A stretch of 64,000 bases of DNA from Bacteroidota bacterium. GTDB lineage: Bacteria; Bacteroidota; Bacteroidia; 2-12-FULL-35-15. Numbering within the stretch: position 1 is the first letter of the stretch; each line of letters begins with the position of its first letter. The notes beneath the pieces were generated by a model, which had not been told where the DNA came from, made no database searches, and worked only from the letters and a program-made list of their open reading frames with translations. Positions 10,345 through 19,831 of this stretch are shown here, piece by piece. The DNA lies in the NCBI GenBank assembly GCA_040387415.1, contig JAZKDU010000017.1, positions 30,904-94,903 on the forward strand, in the 5' to 3' direction. A program made the translations under genes and the position numbers.

Positions 10345-11787
10345 ATGAATCAATCCAAAACACTTCCTTTTTGGTTGTTTACCCTATCAGCCATTTCAAT
10401 ACTCATCGTTTCACAATTAGTGCAGGATGGTATGTTTATGGATGGGTTATTATATGTTGGTGTTGCCAAAAACCTTGCAGATGGCTTAGGAAACTTCTGG
10501 GAACCACATTACAGTCAAACTTACTACACCACCTTTCGGGAGCAGCCACCGCTCTATTTTGGGCTCCTGGCAGTGTTTTATAAATTTTTTGGTACCAGCC
10601 TGTATGTGGAAAGGCTGTTTTGCTTTGTTTGCTTGTCACTTACCTTATTGTTCTGCCATAAAATATGGAAAACGCTGTTTTTTGACAGGGAACTAATCAG
10701 CAAAAACAGCTGGCTGCCAATACTATTCTATATCTCCATTCCTATTTGTTTTTGGGCGTATTCCAACCATGTAGAAGAAACTGTGATGACACTGTTTGTT
10801 GTTATGTCTATCTATTACATCTGTAAAGCGCTCCTTTTTGAGAAAAGGGTTTATTTGTACCTTATTTTAGCTGGAATTTGCATTTTTTTAGCAAGTTTAA
10901 CAAAAGGAATTCAGGGGCTTTTTCCGGTAGCTGCCGTGTTTTGCTACTGGATTGTGAACAGAAAGCAGTTTAGCTTCAAAAAAAACATTATTTATTCCAG
11001 CATTCTTATTGGAGTTCCATTACTGATCTATTCAATCCTTATTTTCTTAAATAATAATATTTATACGGTTTTTAAGCTCTATTTTGAAAATCGTTTGGGA
11101 CTTTCATTTAACCAAGCTGACCGCCAGACGGCCGCTTACCGTTTCGAAATTATTGTGCGTTTGTTTACCGAAATGATACCGGTATTTATTTTAATGCTGA
11201 TTATTTATCTATTCAGTTTAAAACATAAAACTACTGGTTCCACTGAAAAAAAAGATTTCAAAACAATTTGGTGGCTGCTCTTAATCGGCTTTTCGGGATC
11301 TATCCCCTTAATGATCACCATGGAGCAAAGAGGATTTTATTTACTTACTTCCCTTCCATTTTTTGCGCTGGGAGCCTCCATTCTAATGGCTGATAGGATG
11401 GGCAGTCTGGTAGAAAAAATAAATCCGAATGGAAAATGGTACATTCACATCAAAAGAGTTACCATTATCATACTGTTGTTTTCAATAACATTTACGCTAT
11501 TAAAGGTAGGAGAAACAAAACGCGATAAAAACCTATTAGCCGATATTTACAGTATTGGGAACATAGTACCCTACGGGGCAATAATTGCAATCCCTAATGA
11601 AATGGAGCATGATTACAGCACAAGGGAATATCTTATCCGCTACTTCTACATCAGCACAGATAACTATAGCACAGCGCATTCCTTTTTAATGATACGTAAA
11701 AATCTACCGAAAAACCTGGTACCAGCTAATTTTAAGCTATATCCTTTATCAACAAAAGAATTGGATTTATACAAACGTGTTTTATAG
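10345..11787 (+). CDS. GT39/GT83-type polyprenyl-phosphate-sugar dependent membrane glycosyltransferase (ArnT/PMT_2-like)
   Basis: 480-aa polytopic protein. N-terminal 'DGMFMDGLLYVGVAKNLADG...PPLYFGLLAVFYKFFG' resembles ArnT/PMT family. Starts 7 nt after the desaturase. Confidence 0.6.
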   Translation: MNQSKTLPFWLFTLSAISILIVSQLVQDGMFMDGLLYVGVAKNLADGLGNFWEPHYSQTYYTTFREQPPLYFGLLAVFYKFFGTSLYVERLFCFVCLSLTLLFCHKIWKTLFFDRELISKNSWLPILFYISIPICFWAYSNHVEETVMTLFVVMSIYYICKALLFEKRVYLYLILAGICIFLASLTKGIQGLFPVAAVFCYWIVNRKQFSFKKNIIYSSILIGVPLLIYSILIFLNNNIYTVFKLYFENRLGLSFNQADRQTAAYRFEIIVRLFTEMIPVFILMLIIYLFSLKHKTTGSTEKKDFKTIWWLLLIGFSGSIPLMITMEQRGFYLLTSLPFFALGASILMADRMGSLVEKINPNGKWYIHIKRVTIIILLFSITFTLLKVGETKRDKNLLADIYSIGNIVPYGAIIAIPNEMEHDYSTREYLIRYFYISTDNYSTAHSFLMIRKNLPKNLVPANFKLYPLSTKELDLYKRVL

Positions 11788-11896
11788 TTTATTTCAATAA
11801 AGTAGATACATCCCCGAAGCTACAATAACAGCTTAAGGTATTTTTGAGGTACTTCTAATTATTTATTATTATTTTCGCAGTCAAGTAAACATACAG

Positions 11897-12646
11897 ATGA
11901 TAAAAAACAAAAAAGTTGTAGTTGTATTACCTGCTTATAATGCAGCGTTAACACTTGAAAAAACCTACCAGGAAATCCCTTTTGATATTGTTGATGACGT
12001 AGTATTGGTAGATGATATGAGTAAGGACGATACCATTCAGGTAGCGCAGCGCATAGGAATTAAGCATGTTATTAAACATACTAAAAACAGGGGTTATGGT
12101 GGTAACCAAAAATCCTGTTATAATAAAGCTCAGGAGTTAAATGCAGACATTGTAATCATGCTGCACCCTGATTATCAATACACTCCGCTATTAATTCATT
12201 CCATGGCCAATATCATTGCGAATGATTTATATCCTGTGGTTTTTGGTTCGCGTATTTTAGGTAAAGGCGCTTTAAAAGGCGGTATGCCGATGTATAAATA
12301 CATTTTTAACCGTTGTTTAACCTTAACCCAAAATATTTTACTGAATCAAAAGCTATCGGAATACCATACCGGTTACCGCGCTTTTTCAAAAGAAGTACTG
12401 GAAACTGTTAATTATGAAGCCAATGATGATGATTTTATTTTTGATAATGAAATGATCTCCCAAATTTTTATGGCGGGCTTTGATATTGCAGAAATCACCT
12501 GCCCTACCAAGTATTTCCCGGAAGCATCTTCTATTAATTTTAGCCGCAGCGCTAAGTACGGAATGGGCGTACTTCGTGTTTCGTTTGCACATTTTTTCCA
12601 TAAATTGGGATTGAATAAATCTCCGATTTATAATAGAAAAAAATAA
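11897..12646 (+). CDS. GT2 glycosyltransferase (polyprenyl-phosphate sugar synthase, DPM1/ArnC-like)
   Basis: 'VVVLPAYNAALTLEKTY...VLVDDMSKDDT' GT-A fold motifs and DxD, 249 aa. Confidence 0.75.
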   Translation: MIKNKKVVVVLPAYNAALTLEKTYQEIPFDIVDDVVLVDDMSKDDTIQVAQRIGIKHVIKHTKNRGYGGNQKSCYNKAQELNADIVIMLHPDYQYTPLLIHSMANIIANDLYPVVFGSRILGKGALKGGMPMYKYIFNRCLTLTQNILLNQKLSEYHTGYRAFSKEVLETVNYEANDDDFIFDNEMISQIFMAGFDIAEITCPTKYFPEASSINFSRSAKYGMGVLRVSFAHFFHKLGLNKSPIYNRKK

Positions 12647-13110
12647 TTAAAAAGGGCTTCATAAGGTAATCTGTTTACCGATGAACTACATGCGCTTTTT
12701 GGGAGAAATTATCTGATATTCCAGTTAAGATTGAAGCGAATAAATGATCCTGCGCATTTTAATTGAACAGGCGTTGCCCCTTTGCGAAACCGGCTTAAAT
12801 CCCCGATAAAATATGCAGGCTTGTTTGAATATTCCAATGTGATGAGAAGATTTTAAATTATGGCATGAATATTTTGTAACGCGCTTTAAATACTAAAACT
12901 GATATGTTAAGCTTGGGGTGAAACTAATAATCCACTCGGGATTATCCACCCTGGCGAATTAATAAAATGTAAAGCTGAAAAAATTAACAGCTAAAAAGGC
13001 ATAGTTTATTAATTATGGTTGCTGCCCAAACAGAAATGTCTGCAGCCCAAAAAAATATTAACAAAAAACTCATAATCAAATACATAAGAAAACCAAACAA
13101 CAATACAACC

Positions 13111-14067
13111 ATGAGAATTACACTTTTATTAGTTTTATCACTTACTGTCCATTTGTCAACTGCACAAATAACGGAAGCAGAAAGTAAATTACGTGCTGCC
13201 GGTACGGATACATTGCTTGGCTGGAAAAAAGGCGGCTTGTTCAGTTTGAATTTTTCTCAGGCTGCATTCAGCAATTGGGCTGCCGGGGGACAAAATTCGC
13301 TTTCCTTAAATACTCTTGCAAGTGTTTTTGTGAATTATAAAGCGAAAAATTATACCTGGGATAATATGCTGGATGTTGGTTACGGATTATTACAGCAAGG
13401 AAGCGCAACTTTTAAAACCGATGATAAAATAGACTTTTCATCCAAATATGGAAGAATTGCAACTAAAGACTGGTATTATGCCGCTTTGCTCAATTTTAAA
13501 ACACAAATGTCTCCCGGCTATAATTATCCGGATGACTCTACAAAAATTTCTGATTTAATGTCACCGGGGTACTTGTTAGCAGCTATTGGTATGGACTATA
13601 AGCCCAATACTCATTTTACTGCATTTATAGCCCCAATAACGGTTAAAAACACCATAGTTACCAGTACGGCACTTGCGGATATTGGCGCTTTTGGAGTTGA
13701 TCCTGCAGAATTTGATAGTAATGGCGTATTAATCAGCCATGGAAAAATGCTTAGAACTGAATATGGAGGTTATATGAGAATTGTATATAAAAACACCTTT
13801 TTTGAGGATAAGAGCGTTACTTTACTGACAAAGCTCGATTTGTTTTCTAATTATTTACATAATCCTGAAAATATTGACGTTAGCTGGGAAACAATTCTTG
13901 GTTTCAGGGTGAATAAATACATTGTTGCTACTGTAACTGTAAACGTATTGTATGATGATGATATTGATGTGTTTGTAGATAAAAACCGCGATGGAGTTAT
14001 TGATTTTACCGGTCCGCGTACTCAATTAAAAGAAGTGCTTGGAATTGGTTTTGCCTATAAATTTTAA
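13111..14067 (+). CDS. secreted hypothetical protein (possibly DUF3078-like outer-membrane beta-barrel)
   Basis: Signal peptide 'MRITLLLVLSLTVHLSTAQ' at the internal Met. The ORF track starts 96 nt upstream at 13015. Alternating beta-strand-like pattern, aromatic C-terminal residue 'AYKF'. Confidence 0.5.
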   Translation: MRITLLLVLSLTVHLSTAQITEAESKLRAAGTDTLLGWKKGGLFSLNFSQAAFSNWAAGGQNSLSLNTLASVFVNYKAKNYTWDNMLDVGYGLLQQGSATFKTDDKIDFSSKYGRIATKDWYYAALLNFKTQMSPGYNYPDDSTKISDLMSPGYLLAAIGMDYKPNTHFTAFIAPITVKNTIVTSTALADIGAFGVDPAEFDSNGVLISHGKMLRTEYGGYMRIVYKNTFFEDKSVTLLTKLDLFSNYLHNPENIDVSWETILGFRVNKYIVATVTVNVLYDDDIDVFVDKNRDGVIDFTGPRTQLKEVLGIGFAYKF

Positions 14068-14072
14068 GGCTT

Positions 14073-14109
14073 CGCTTATTATACTTTATTTGCTAAAGTA
14101 TAATAAGCG
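14073..14109. terminator. bidirectional hairpin between convergent genes
   Basis: Perfect 15-bp inverted repeat 'cgcttattatacttt'/'aaagtataataagcg' with 7-nt loop. Overlaps the hipA stop. Confidence 0.5.
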
Positions 14110-15385
14110 TTTCTTTTATAGCCTTGGCAAGGGTTTGCTCAACCTCCACCTGTTTAGCGAAATAATGCCAGTTTTGGATTACCTCTGAAATTTCGTTAAT
14201 AATGTTTTGCGCTTTTTTTACATTCATTTGTTTTGCTACTTCCAGCAAATCCGTTTTAGAAATATTATTTCTTTTTCCATTCACACTTAAATTGTGCTGA
14301 TTCACCCATTCGCTTCCAGGCCGGTAAGCATGACAAACATCAAAAGCAGGTGATAAGCGCCATTTGCCGGTTTTGTCCAATATGAATGCAAAATTTTTAG
14401 TGTGATCATCGCAGTTGCGTCCCATTACATTGAATACCATTCTGCGATAGAATTGTTCCGCCTCATTATAAGGAAGTGCCAGCATTCGCATGGTTTCAAA
14501 AAACTGTTCGTAGCTATACAGATTTACTTCATTAAAATCATAATGCTGCATGGAGCAAAAACTCTGCACATGCAGCTTTGTATTATCTGGTTCTCTATCA
14601 AATCTGCGTGTCATAAAATGAGCTCTTCCATTTTCTTCCAACAACCTGCATTCGGTCATTTCAATTCCTGCTGCTTTAGCCATCAGGTAGTACGCCAATT
14701 CCACTCTCCCATAACCGCTGGAAGCACCAAACTGCCTGTCAGTTACCCCGTCAAATTTTATCAGCCAGTGCGAAAACCCCTTAGGAGCATCTGCCTGACC
14801 GCTTCTTACTTCCTTTGTTTTTGAATTATATGCAATAACAGCTTTAGCTCTTGCCCCCCCTGCCGAAGAACCAATTTTTAATATATCCACTAAGCCTTTT
14901 TCATCGTCAGCCGATAAATTAGCGCTAAAATCCTTTCGGCCTGAAAGTATTTCTTCTGCAATACCAACCAGATTATTGATATCAATTTTAGTTGCTATAT
15001 TTTCACCTTCCTGAACACTGGGTTCAAACTCTATTGCCCCCATTCCCCTTTTGCCAATAAAACAAAGTAATTCAACAGGATTTAAACTGTCCGAAGATCT
15101 TCCCTGCCGGGCGAGCCACGCGTTTATTAATGTATTACCATATTTATCCGGTAAAGTATCGGCAAGCAAACCGGGCAGCCCTTTAAATGTTTTAACATCT
15201 CTTAGTTCCGGAAACGTAAATATTCTTTTTGCCGCGCCTTCAATGGGCATTTTAATGGGGGCCAGATCCCAATTATTTTTTAGAAAAGCCGGATCATATT
15301 CAAAAGAAGCCAGCCCTGTTTCATCATTCCAGGCTACGGCTCCAACACGCTGATTCCATATGTTTATAAATGCAGTTGTATTCAC
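14093..15385 (-). CDS. hipA: HipA-family serine/threonine kinase toxin
   Basis: 430 aa. HipA N-terminal and kinase-like regions ('IGKRGMGAIEF', 'RNCDDHTKNFAFIL'). Confidence 0.8.
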   Translation of the reverse strand: MNTTAFINIWNQRVGAVAWNDETGLASFEYDPAFLKNNWDLAPIKMPIEGAAKRIFTFPELRDVKTFKGLPGLLADTLPDKYGNTLINAWLARQGRSSDSLNPVELLCFIGKRGMGAIEFEPSVQEGENIATKIDINNLVGIAEEILSGRKDFSANLSADDEKGLVDILKIGSSAGGARAKAVIAYNSKTKEVRSGQADAPKGFSHWLIKFDGVTDRQFGASSGYGRVELAYYLMAKAAGIEMTECRLLEENGRAHFMTRRFDREPDNTKLHVQSFCSMQHYDFNEVNLYSYEQFFETMRMLALPYNEAEQFYRRMVFNVMGRNCDDHTKNFAFILDKTGKWRLSPAFDVCHAYRPGSEWVNQHNLSVNGKRNNISKTDLLEVAKQMNVKKAQNIINEISEVIQNWHYFAKQVEVEQTLAKAIKETLIIL

Positions 15386-15726
15386 TACCAGTCCGATTTG
15401 GGTTTATTACCTGTTTTTGCTTTTGAGGCCCTTTTTCGTTTTGCCTGTTCCAGCTCCGCTAATTGGATAGGGCTTATTTGCAATTTCACTTGAAATTGTT
15501 TTAACAAATTCAATAAATTCAAGGCTCTTAACAATTGAATAAAAGTGATGATATTTATTCTTTTGCCCTTCTCAAATTCAACTAAGGTGGAACGGTTTAT
15601 TCCAGCATCTTTAGCCAATTGCTCCTGAGTTTTATTTTGTTCTAACCGGTTGTGTTTAATAAATGTTCCGATAGTTGCAATTATGGCAGAATCACTCATG
15701 TAATTTATGTCGCTTATTTCCATCAT
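15385..15726 (-). CDS. hipB: HipB-like XRE-family HTH antitoxin
   Basis: 'QEQLAKDAGINRSTLVEFEKGKR' helix-turn-helix. 1-nt overlap with hipA start. Confidence 0.7.
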   Translation of the reverse strand: MMEISDINYMSDSAIIATIGTFIKHNRLEQNKTQEQLAKDAGINRSTLVEFEKGKRINIITFIQLLRALNLLNLLKQFQVKLQISPIQLAELEQAKRKRASKAKTGNKPKSDW

Positions 15727-16060
15727 TGGCTACAAATATCAATATTAATGTTGATTATTAACAACAAAAATACAACATTTCGCCTTATTTTACAAATAAA
15801 ATGATGACTTAATTCATCATTAATAGTTTAATTAAAAACTACAGTTAATTCCTGCAAATAATTTTGCTCAAATCCGAAATTTGCTTTTTTGTGAGAACTT
15901 ATATTGAAGTAAGGAATAAGCAAAAAATAGCAGATCGTTTTTCTACGTTATTCATAAATGGAACTCTCCATTCGTATTTTGTATATACGGGAATCAAACC
16001 AATCAAGTTAATAAAGTATTCTTGGCAATTGCTAGAGTAACAACGACTTTAGAAGAAAAT

Positions 16061-16100
16061 AAAAACGGGATTTTCGATTATATTATCGAAAAATCCCGTT
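16061..16100 (-). terminator. hairpin plus T-run immediately 3' of the tRNA
   Basis: 'aacgggattttcgat'/'atcgaaaaatcccgtt' inverted repeat followed on the minus strand by a T-run. Confidence 0.45.
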
Positions 16101-16103
16101 CAG

Positions 16104-16177
16104 TAGCGAAATCGGGAGTTGAACCCGAGACCTCAGGGTTATGAATCCTGCGCTCTAACCATCTGAGCTACCTCGCC
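16104..16177 (-). tRNA. tRNA with CAT anticodon (Met or lysidine-modified Ile2)
   Basis: 74-nt cloverleaf read by hand. D-arm 'GCTC-AGATGGTTA-GAGC'. Anticodon loop 'TTCATAA'. T-arm 'TCGGG-TTCAACT-CCCGA'. Acceptor stem has three G·U pairs and 31-39 is A·C, so confidence is reduced. Confidence 0.6.
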
Positions 16178-16313
16178 ATTTATTTTGAGGGCGCAAATAT
16201 ACTATTTAAAATGTTAAATAAAAATCGCTTTTATATTTTTTTAACAAAATGCATTCATTGTCGAATGGATATTTTTTATATATTGCGACAATTTGTTTGA
16301 AATATACAATACA

Positions 16314-17432
16314 ATGGCCCAAAAGCAAAGTAAAAATACAAAGGCGAAAATAAGCGCTAAACCTGCGAAAAACGCGCCTGCTAAGAAAGGTAAACCCCTT
16401 AAAACGGTTAAGGAATTAAAGAACAAATCTGTCAAACCATCAGGTAAGACTGCAAAACCAGCCCCTAAAACAGACAAGAATAAGCCTGCAAAAAAGGTGG
16501 TAAAAGCTGCTGCGCCTGTTAAAAATATAAAATCAGTTAAAAACACAGCCTCTCCAAAGAAGGCTGTAAAATCTGGGAAAGCAGCGGCTAAACCTGTTGT
16601 TGCAAAAGCTTCTCCTAAAGGCTCTAAATCTGAAAAAGAGTCAAAAAAAACAATTACATTAGTTCTTCCAGCCAAAAAAGGTATAGATAAACCCAAAAAA
16701 GCTATTAAAGAGGACAAAACAGCAAAAAAAGATAAATTAAAGGCTAAAGAGGAAAAACCGGTAAAAAAGATCAAAGCTGAAAAAATAAGCTTTGATGATG
16801 AACCAAAAGCCTCGAGTAAACCTGCAAAAAAATCAAAAGGCGGCCGAAAACCGAAAAAACAGCATGATGACGAAGATGAACCGGTAATCGAAAACGATTT
16901 ATTGATCGAACAGCTGATTAACAGCACAAAAAAATTAAAAAAACCGGTAAAAGTTCCTAAACAGTTAAGAACTTTCACTAATCCAATGGCTTCACTAGCT
17001 GTTGCTCCAGTTGATGGCAATAAAAAAGCTGCGATTCCTAAAAAAGAACCAAAAGGGAAATTTGAGTTGGAATACGTAATGCGTACTTCAGCAGGTATAT
17101 TATATGAATTTTTAACTTCACCAAGCGGCTTAGCAGAATGGTTTGCTGATGATGTAAACATTCATGATGGCATATTTACTTTCTTCTGGGAAGGAAGCGA
17201 ACAAAAAGCCAGATTAATTGGCTTTAAAGATGAAAAATATGTAAGGCTGCAATGGCTTGATAAACCAGATGGTACTTTTTTCGAATTTCGTATAGAAAAA
17301 GATGATCTTACCGGAGATATCTCATTAATTGTTACTGATTTTGCAGACGAAGCTGCTGATTTGCAGACTTCTAAATTACTTTGGGACAGCCAGGTAAATC
17401 AGTTGTTGCATGTAATAGGCTCTTACTCTTAA
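16314..17432 (+). CDS. histone-H1-like Lys/Ala-rich protein fused to a C-terminal SRPBCC (AHSA1/START-like) domain
   Basis: ~230 aa of 'AKPAKK/KKPxK' low-complexity repeats, then a ~130-aa globular domain 'FELEYVMRTSAGILYEFLTSPSGLAEWFADD...'. The ORF track starts at a TTG at 16293. ATG at 16314. Confidence 0.65.
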   Translation: MAQKQSKNTKAKISAKPAKNAPAKKGKPLKTVKELKNKSVKPSGKTAKPAPKTDKNKPAKKVVKAAAPVKNIKSVKNTASPKKAVKSGKAAAKPVVAKASPKGSKSEKESKKTITLVLPAKKGIDKPKKAIKEDKTAKKDKLKAKEEKPVKKIKAEKISFDDEPKASSKPAKKSKGGRKPKKQHDDEDEPVIENDLLIEQLINSTKKLKKPVKVPKQLRTFTNPMASLAVAPVDGNKKAAIPKKEPKGKFELEYVMRTSAGILYEFLTSPSGLAEWFADDVNIHDGIFTFFWEGSEQKARLIGFKDEKYVRLQWLDKPDGTFFEFRIEKDDLTGDISLIVTDFADEAADLQTSKLLWDSQVNQLLHVIGSYS

Positions 17433-17437
17433 TTAAT

Positions 17438-17486
17438 AGTAATACATCAACAGTGTATTTTGCACTGTTGATGTATTACTAATTTT
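17438..17486 (+). terminator. rho-independent terminator
   Basis: Perfect 18-bp stem 'agtaatacatcaacagtg'/'cactgttgatgtattact' with loop 'tattttg', followed by 'aatttt'. Confidence 0.6.
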
Positions 17487-17495
17487 GTATTTGAT

Positions 17496-18143
17496 GTGAA
17501 ATCTATTCTCAAAAGCAATCTTTCCTTTTTACTTCCCTATTCTATTTTTATTGTTTTAGGTGCCTTATTACTGGCGATTAAAACAAAGGTAGAGCTTCAC
17601 CTAACATTTAACGCCTTCCACAACCATTTTTTTGATGTATTTTTTTACTATATTACTTATCTTGGAGATGGGGTAATGCTGCTTTTAACCGTTATTATTT
17701 TAATGACGGTTAAGTACCGGTTTGCAATTATAGCAGGTTTCTCCAATGTATTGGCTTCCATTATAACTCAAATACTTAAACATACCGTATACTCGGATGC
17801 TGTGCGTCCTAAAAAATTTTTTGAAGGTATTCATGATCTTTACTTTGTTCCCGGTGTTGACAATCACTTATACAACAGTTTTCCCTCTGGACACAGCACC
17901 TGCGCATTTTCATTATATCTTGCTTTAGCATTATTAATTCCGAACAAAATACTCAAGCTTATTCTTTTTTTCATAGCTTTATTGATTGGATATTCCCGAA
18001 TTTATTTGTCGCAGCATTTTTTAGAAGATGTATACGTTGGTTCATTAATTGGCGTAAGCATCACTATTTGGGTATATTATTTAATCCGGAAAAAGGGATC
18101 AGACTGGATGAACAAATCACTTATTACATCATTTAAAAATTAA
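17496..18143 (+). CDS. PAP2-family lipid phosphatase (LpxE/LpxF-like candidate)
   Basis: PAP2 motifs 'KxxxxxxRP' region and 'PSGHS', 'SRIYLSQHFLEDV'. Membrane protein. Confidence 0.75.
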   Translation: MKSILKSNLSFLLPYSIFIVLGALLLAIKTKVELHLTFNAFHNHFFDVFFYYITYLGDGVMLLLTVIILMTVKYRFAIIAGFSNVLASIITQILKHTVYSDAVRPKKFFEGIHDLYFVPGVDNHLYNSFPSGHSTCAFSLYLALALLIPNKILKLILFFIALLIGYSRIYLSQHFLEDVYVGSLIGVSITIWVYYLIRKKGSDWMNKSLITSFKN

Positions 18144-19807
18144 TGAGTTCAAAAATTATACGATATAATTTATTGATATTACTTGCTGCCTTGCTGCTGT
18201 TTGTGCCATTTTTAGGAGCAGTGCACCTATTTGATTGGGACGAAATAAACTTTGCCGAATGTGCCCGTGAAATGCTTGCTACCGGTGATTATTTTTCCGT
18301 TAAAATAAACTATCAGCCATTTTGGGAGAAACCTCCGGTATTTATATGGCTGCAGGCCTTATCAATGAATATTTTTGGAGTAAATGAATTTGCGGCACGT
18401 TTACCAAATGCTGTTTGCGGCTGTATTACTTTATTAGTGCTGTTTAATATTGGCCGAAAATTAATTGATGAAAAATTCGGGCTCGTATGGGTATTGGCCT
18501 ATGCAGGCTCCTTTCTCCCCCACTTTTATTTTAAATCCGGCATCATTGATCCCTGGTTCAACTTGTTTATTTTTTGCGGTATTTATTTTTTCATCTTATT
18601 TACCAATGTTAATACCGCTGATAATAAAAACACCAAAAACAATTGGTTATTACTGCTTTCAGCCGTTTTTATAGGTTTTGGCGTACTTACAAAAGGACCT
18701 GTAGCAATATTGGTTTTTAGTTTATGTTTTGCAGTTTACTGGATGATTAAACGCCTACAGCCGTTTATCAGTATGCGACAGATTATACTGTACGCTACTA
18801 CTGTAGCATTTATAGGCGGGTTGTGGTTTTTAATGCTTTTACTTACAGGGAATAGTGCAATCATCAAAGAGTTTTTTTTGTATCAGGTACGGTTATTCAA
18901 TACACAAGATGCCGGCCATGGTGGACCATTTTTCTACCATTGGATCGTTTTATTAATCGGCTGCTTTCCTTTATCAGTATTCGCATTGAGGTCGTTTAAA
19001 AAAAACGAATATGATACTCCGTATCAAAAACATTTTAAATTGTGGATGATTATTATGCTGGGAGTAGTGCTTATACTGTTCAGTATTGTAAAAACTAAAA
19101 TTGTGCATTATTCGTCCTTATGCTATTTCCCCTTAAGTTTCCTGGGGGCTTACGCAGTGTATAAATTAATGAATGCAGAACTACAATGGAAAAAATATTC
19201 GGGTATTTTATTGATGATCATAGCATCGCTTTTAGGTATAGTAATTTCAGCATTACCCGTTATTGACCGGTATAAACAACACATTATTAACTCCGATCTT
19301 ATCAAAGATCCTTTCGCAGTAGAAAATTTAAAAGCAAACGTTAGCTGGACAGGCTTTGAATGGCTTATCGGAGTGGTTTTAATTGCCGGGGTAGCCATTA
19401 TGCTGGTACTGATTAAACGTAAAAAAATAACAGATGGCATAATCGGCATTTTTATTCTGAGCTTATTTTCAGTGAATATGGCCTCTTTAGTGGTCGCACC
19501 CAGAATAGAACAATATTCGCAGGGAGCTGCTATTGAATTTTATCAATATATACAGGATAAAGATTGTTACGTTGAAACGCTTGGATTTAAAAGCTATGCG
19601 CATTTCTTTTATTCGAAAAAGAAAGAACCTTTGAATAAAGAGAGTTATTCAATGGATTGGCTATTGACGGGTGCTATTGATAAACCTGTATATTTTGTTA
19701 GTAAAATAACATCAGCGAACGAAATTTTAAAAAATCATCCTGCTCTAAAAGAAATCTACCGAAAAAATGGTTTTGTGTTTTTTTTAAGGAATGATAAAAG
19801 AATATAA
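18143..19807 (+). CDS. ArnT-like GT83 membrane glycosyltransferase
   Basis: 'HLFDWDEINFAECAREML' matches the ArnT/PMT_2 DE..YAE-type motif. 554 aa, many TM helices. ATGA overlap with the PAP2 gene. Confidence 0.75.
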   Translation: MSSKIIRYNLLILLAALLLFVPFLGAVHLFDWDEINFAECAREMLATGDYFSVKINYQPFWEKPPVFIWLQALSMNIFGVNEFAARLPNAVCGCITLLVLFNIGRKLIDEKFGLVWVLAYAGSFLPHFYFKSGIIDPWFNLFIFCGIYFFILFTNVNTADNKNTKNNWLLLLSAVFIGFGVLTKGPVAILVFSLCFAVYWMIKRLQPFISMRQIILYATTVAFIGGLWFLMLLLTGNSAIIKEFFLYQVRLFNTQDAGHGGPFFYHWIVLLIGCFPLSVFALRSFKKNEYDTPYQKHFKLWMIIMLGVVLILFSIVKTKIVHYSSLCYFPLSFLGAYAVYKLMNAELQWKKYSGILLMIIASLLGIVISALPVIDRYKQHIINSDLIKDPFAVENLKANVSWTGFEWLIGVVLIAGVAIMLVLIKRKKITDGIIGIFILSLFSVNMASLVVAPRIEQYSQGAAIEFYQYIQDKDCYVETLGFKSYAHFFYSKKKEPLNKESYSMDWLLTGAIDKPVYFVSKITSANEILKNHPALKEIYRKNGFVFFLRNDKRI

Positions 19808-19831
19808 ATTATAGCAAAAACAGCGTTATAA

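Noticed and set aside
16241-17161. 306-aa minus-strand ORF
   Set aside because: Entirely antisense to the Lys/Ala-rich histone-like gene. Its 'protein' is low-complexity F/L/G/A noise produced by the complement of AAA/GCN repeats.
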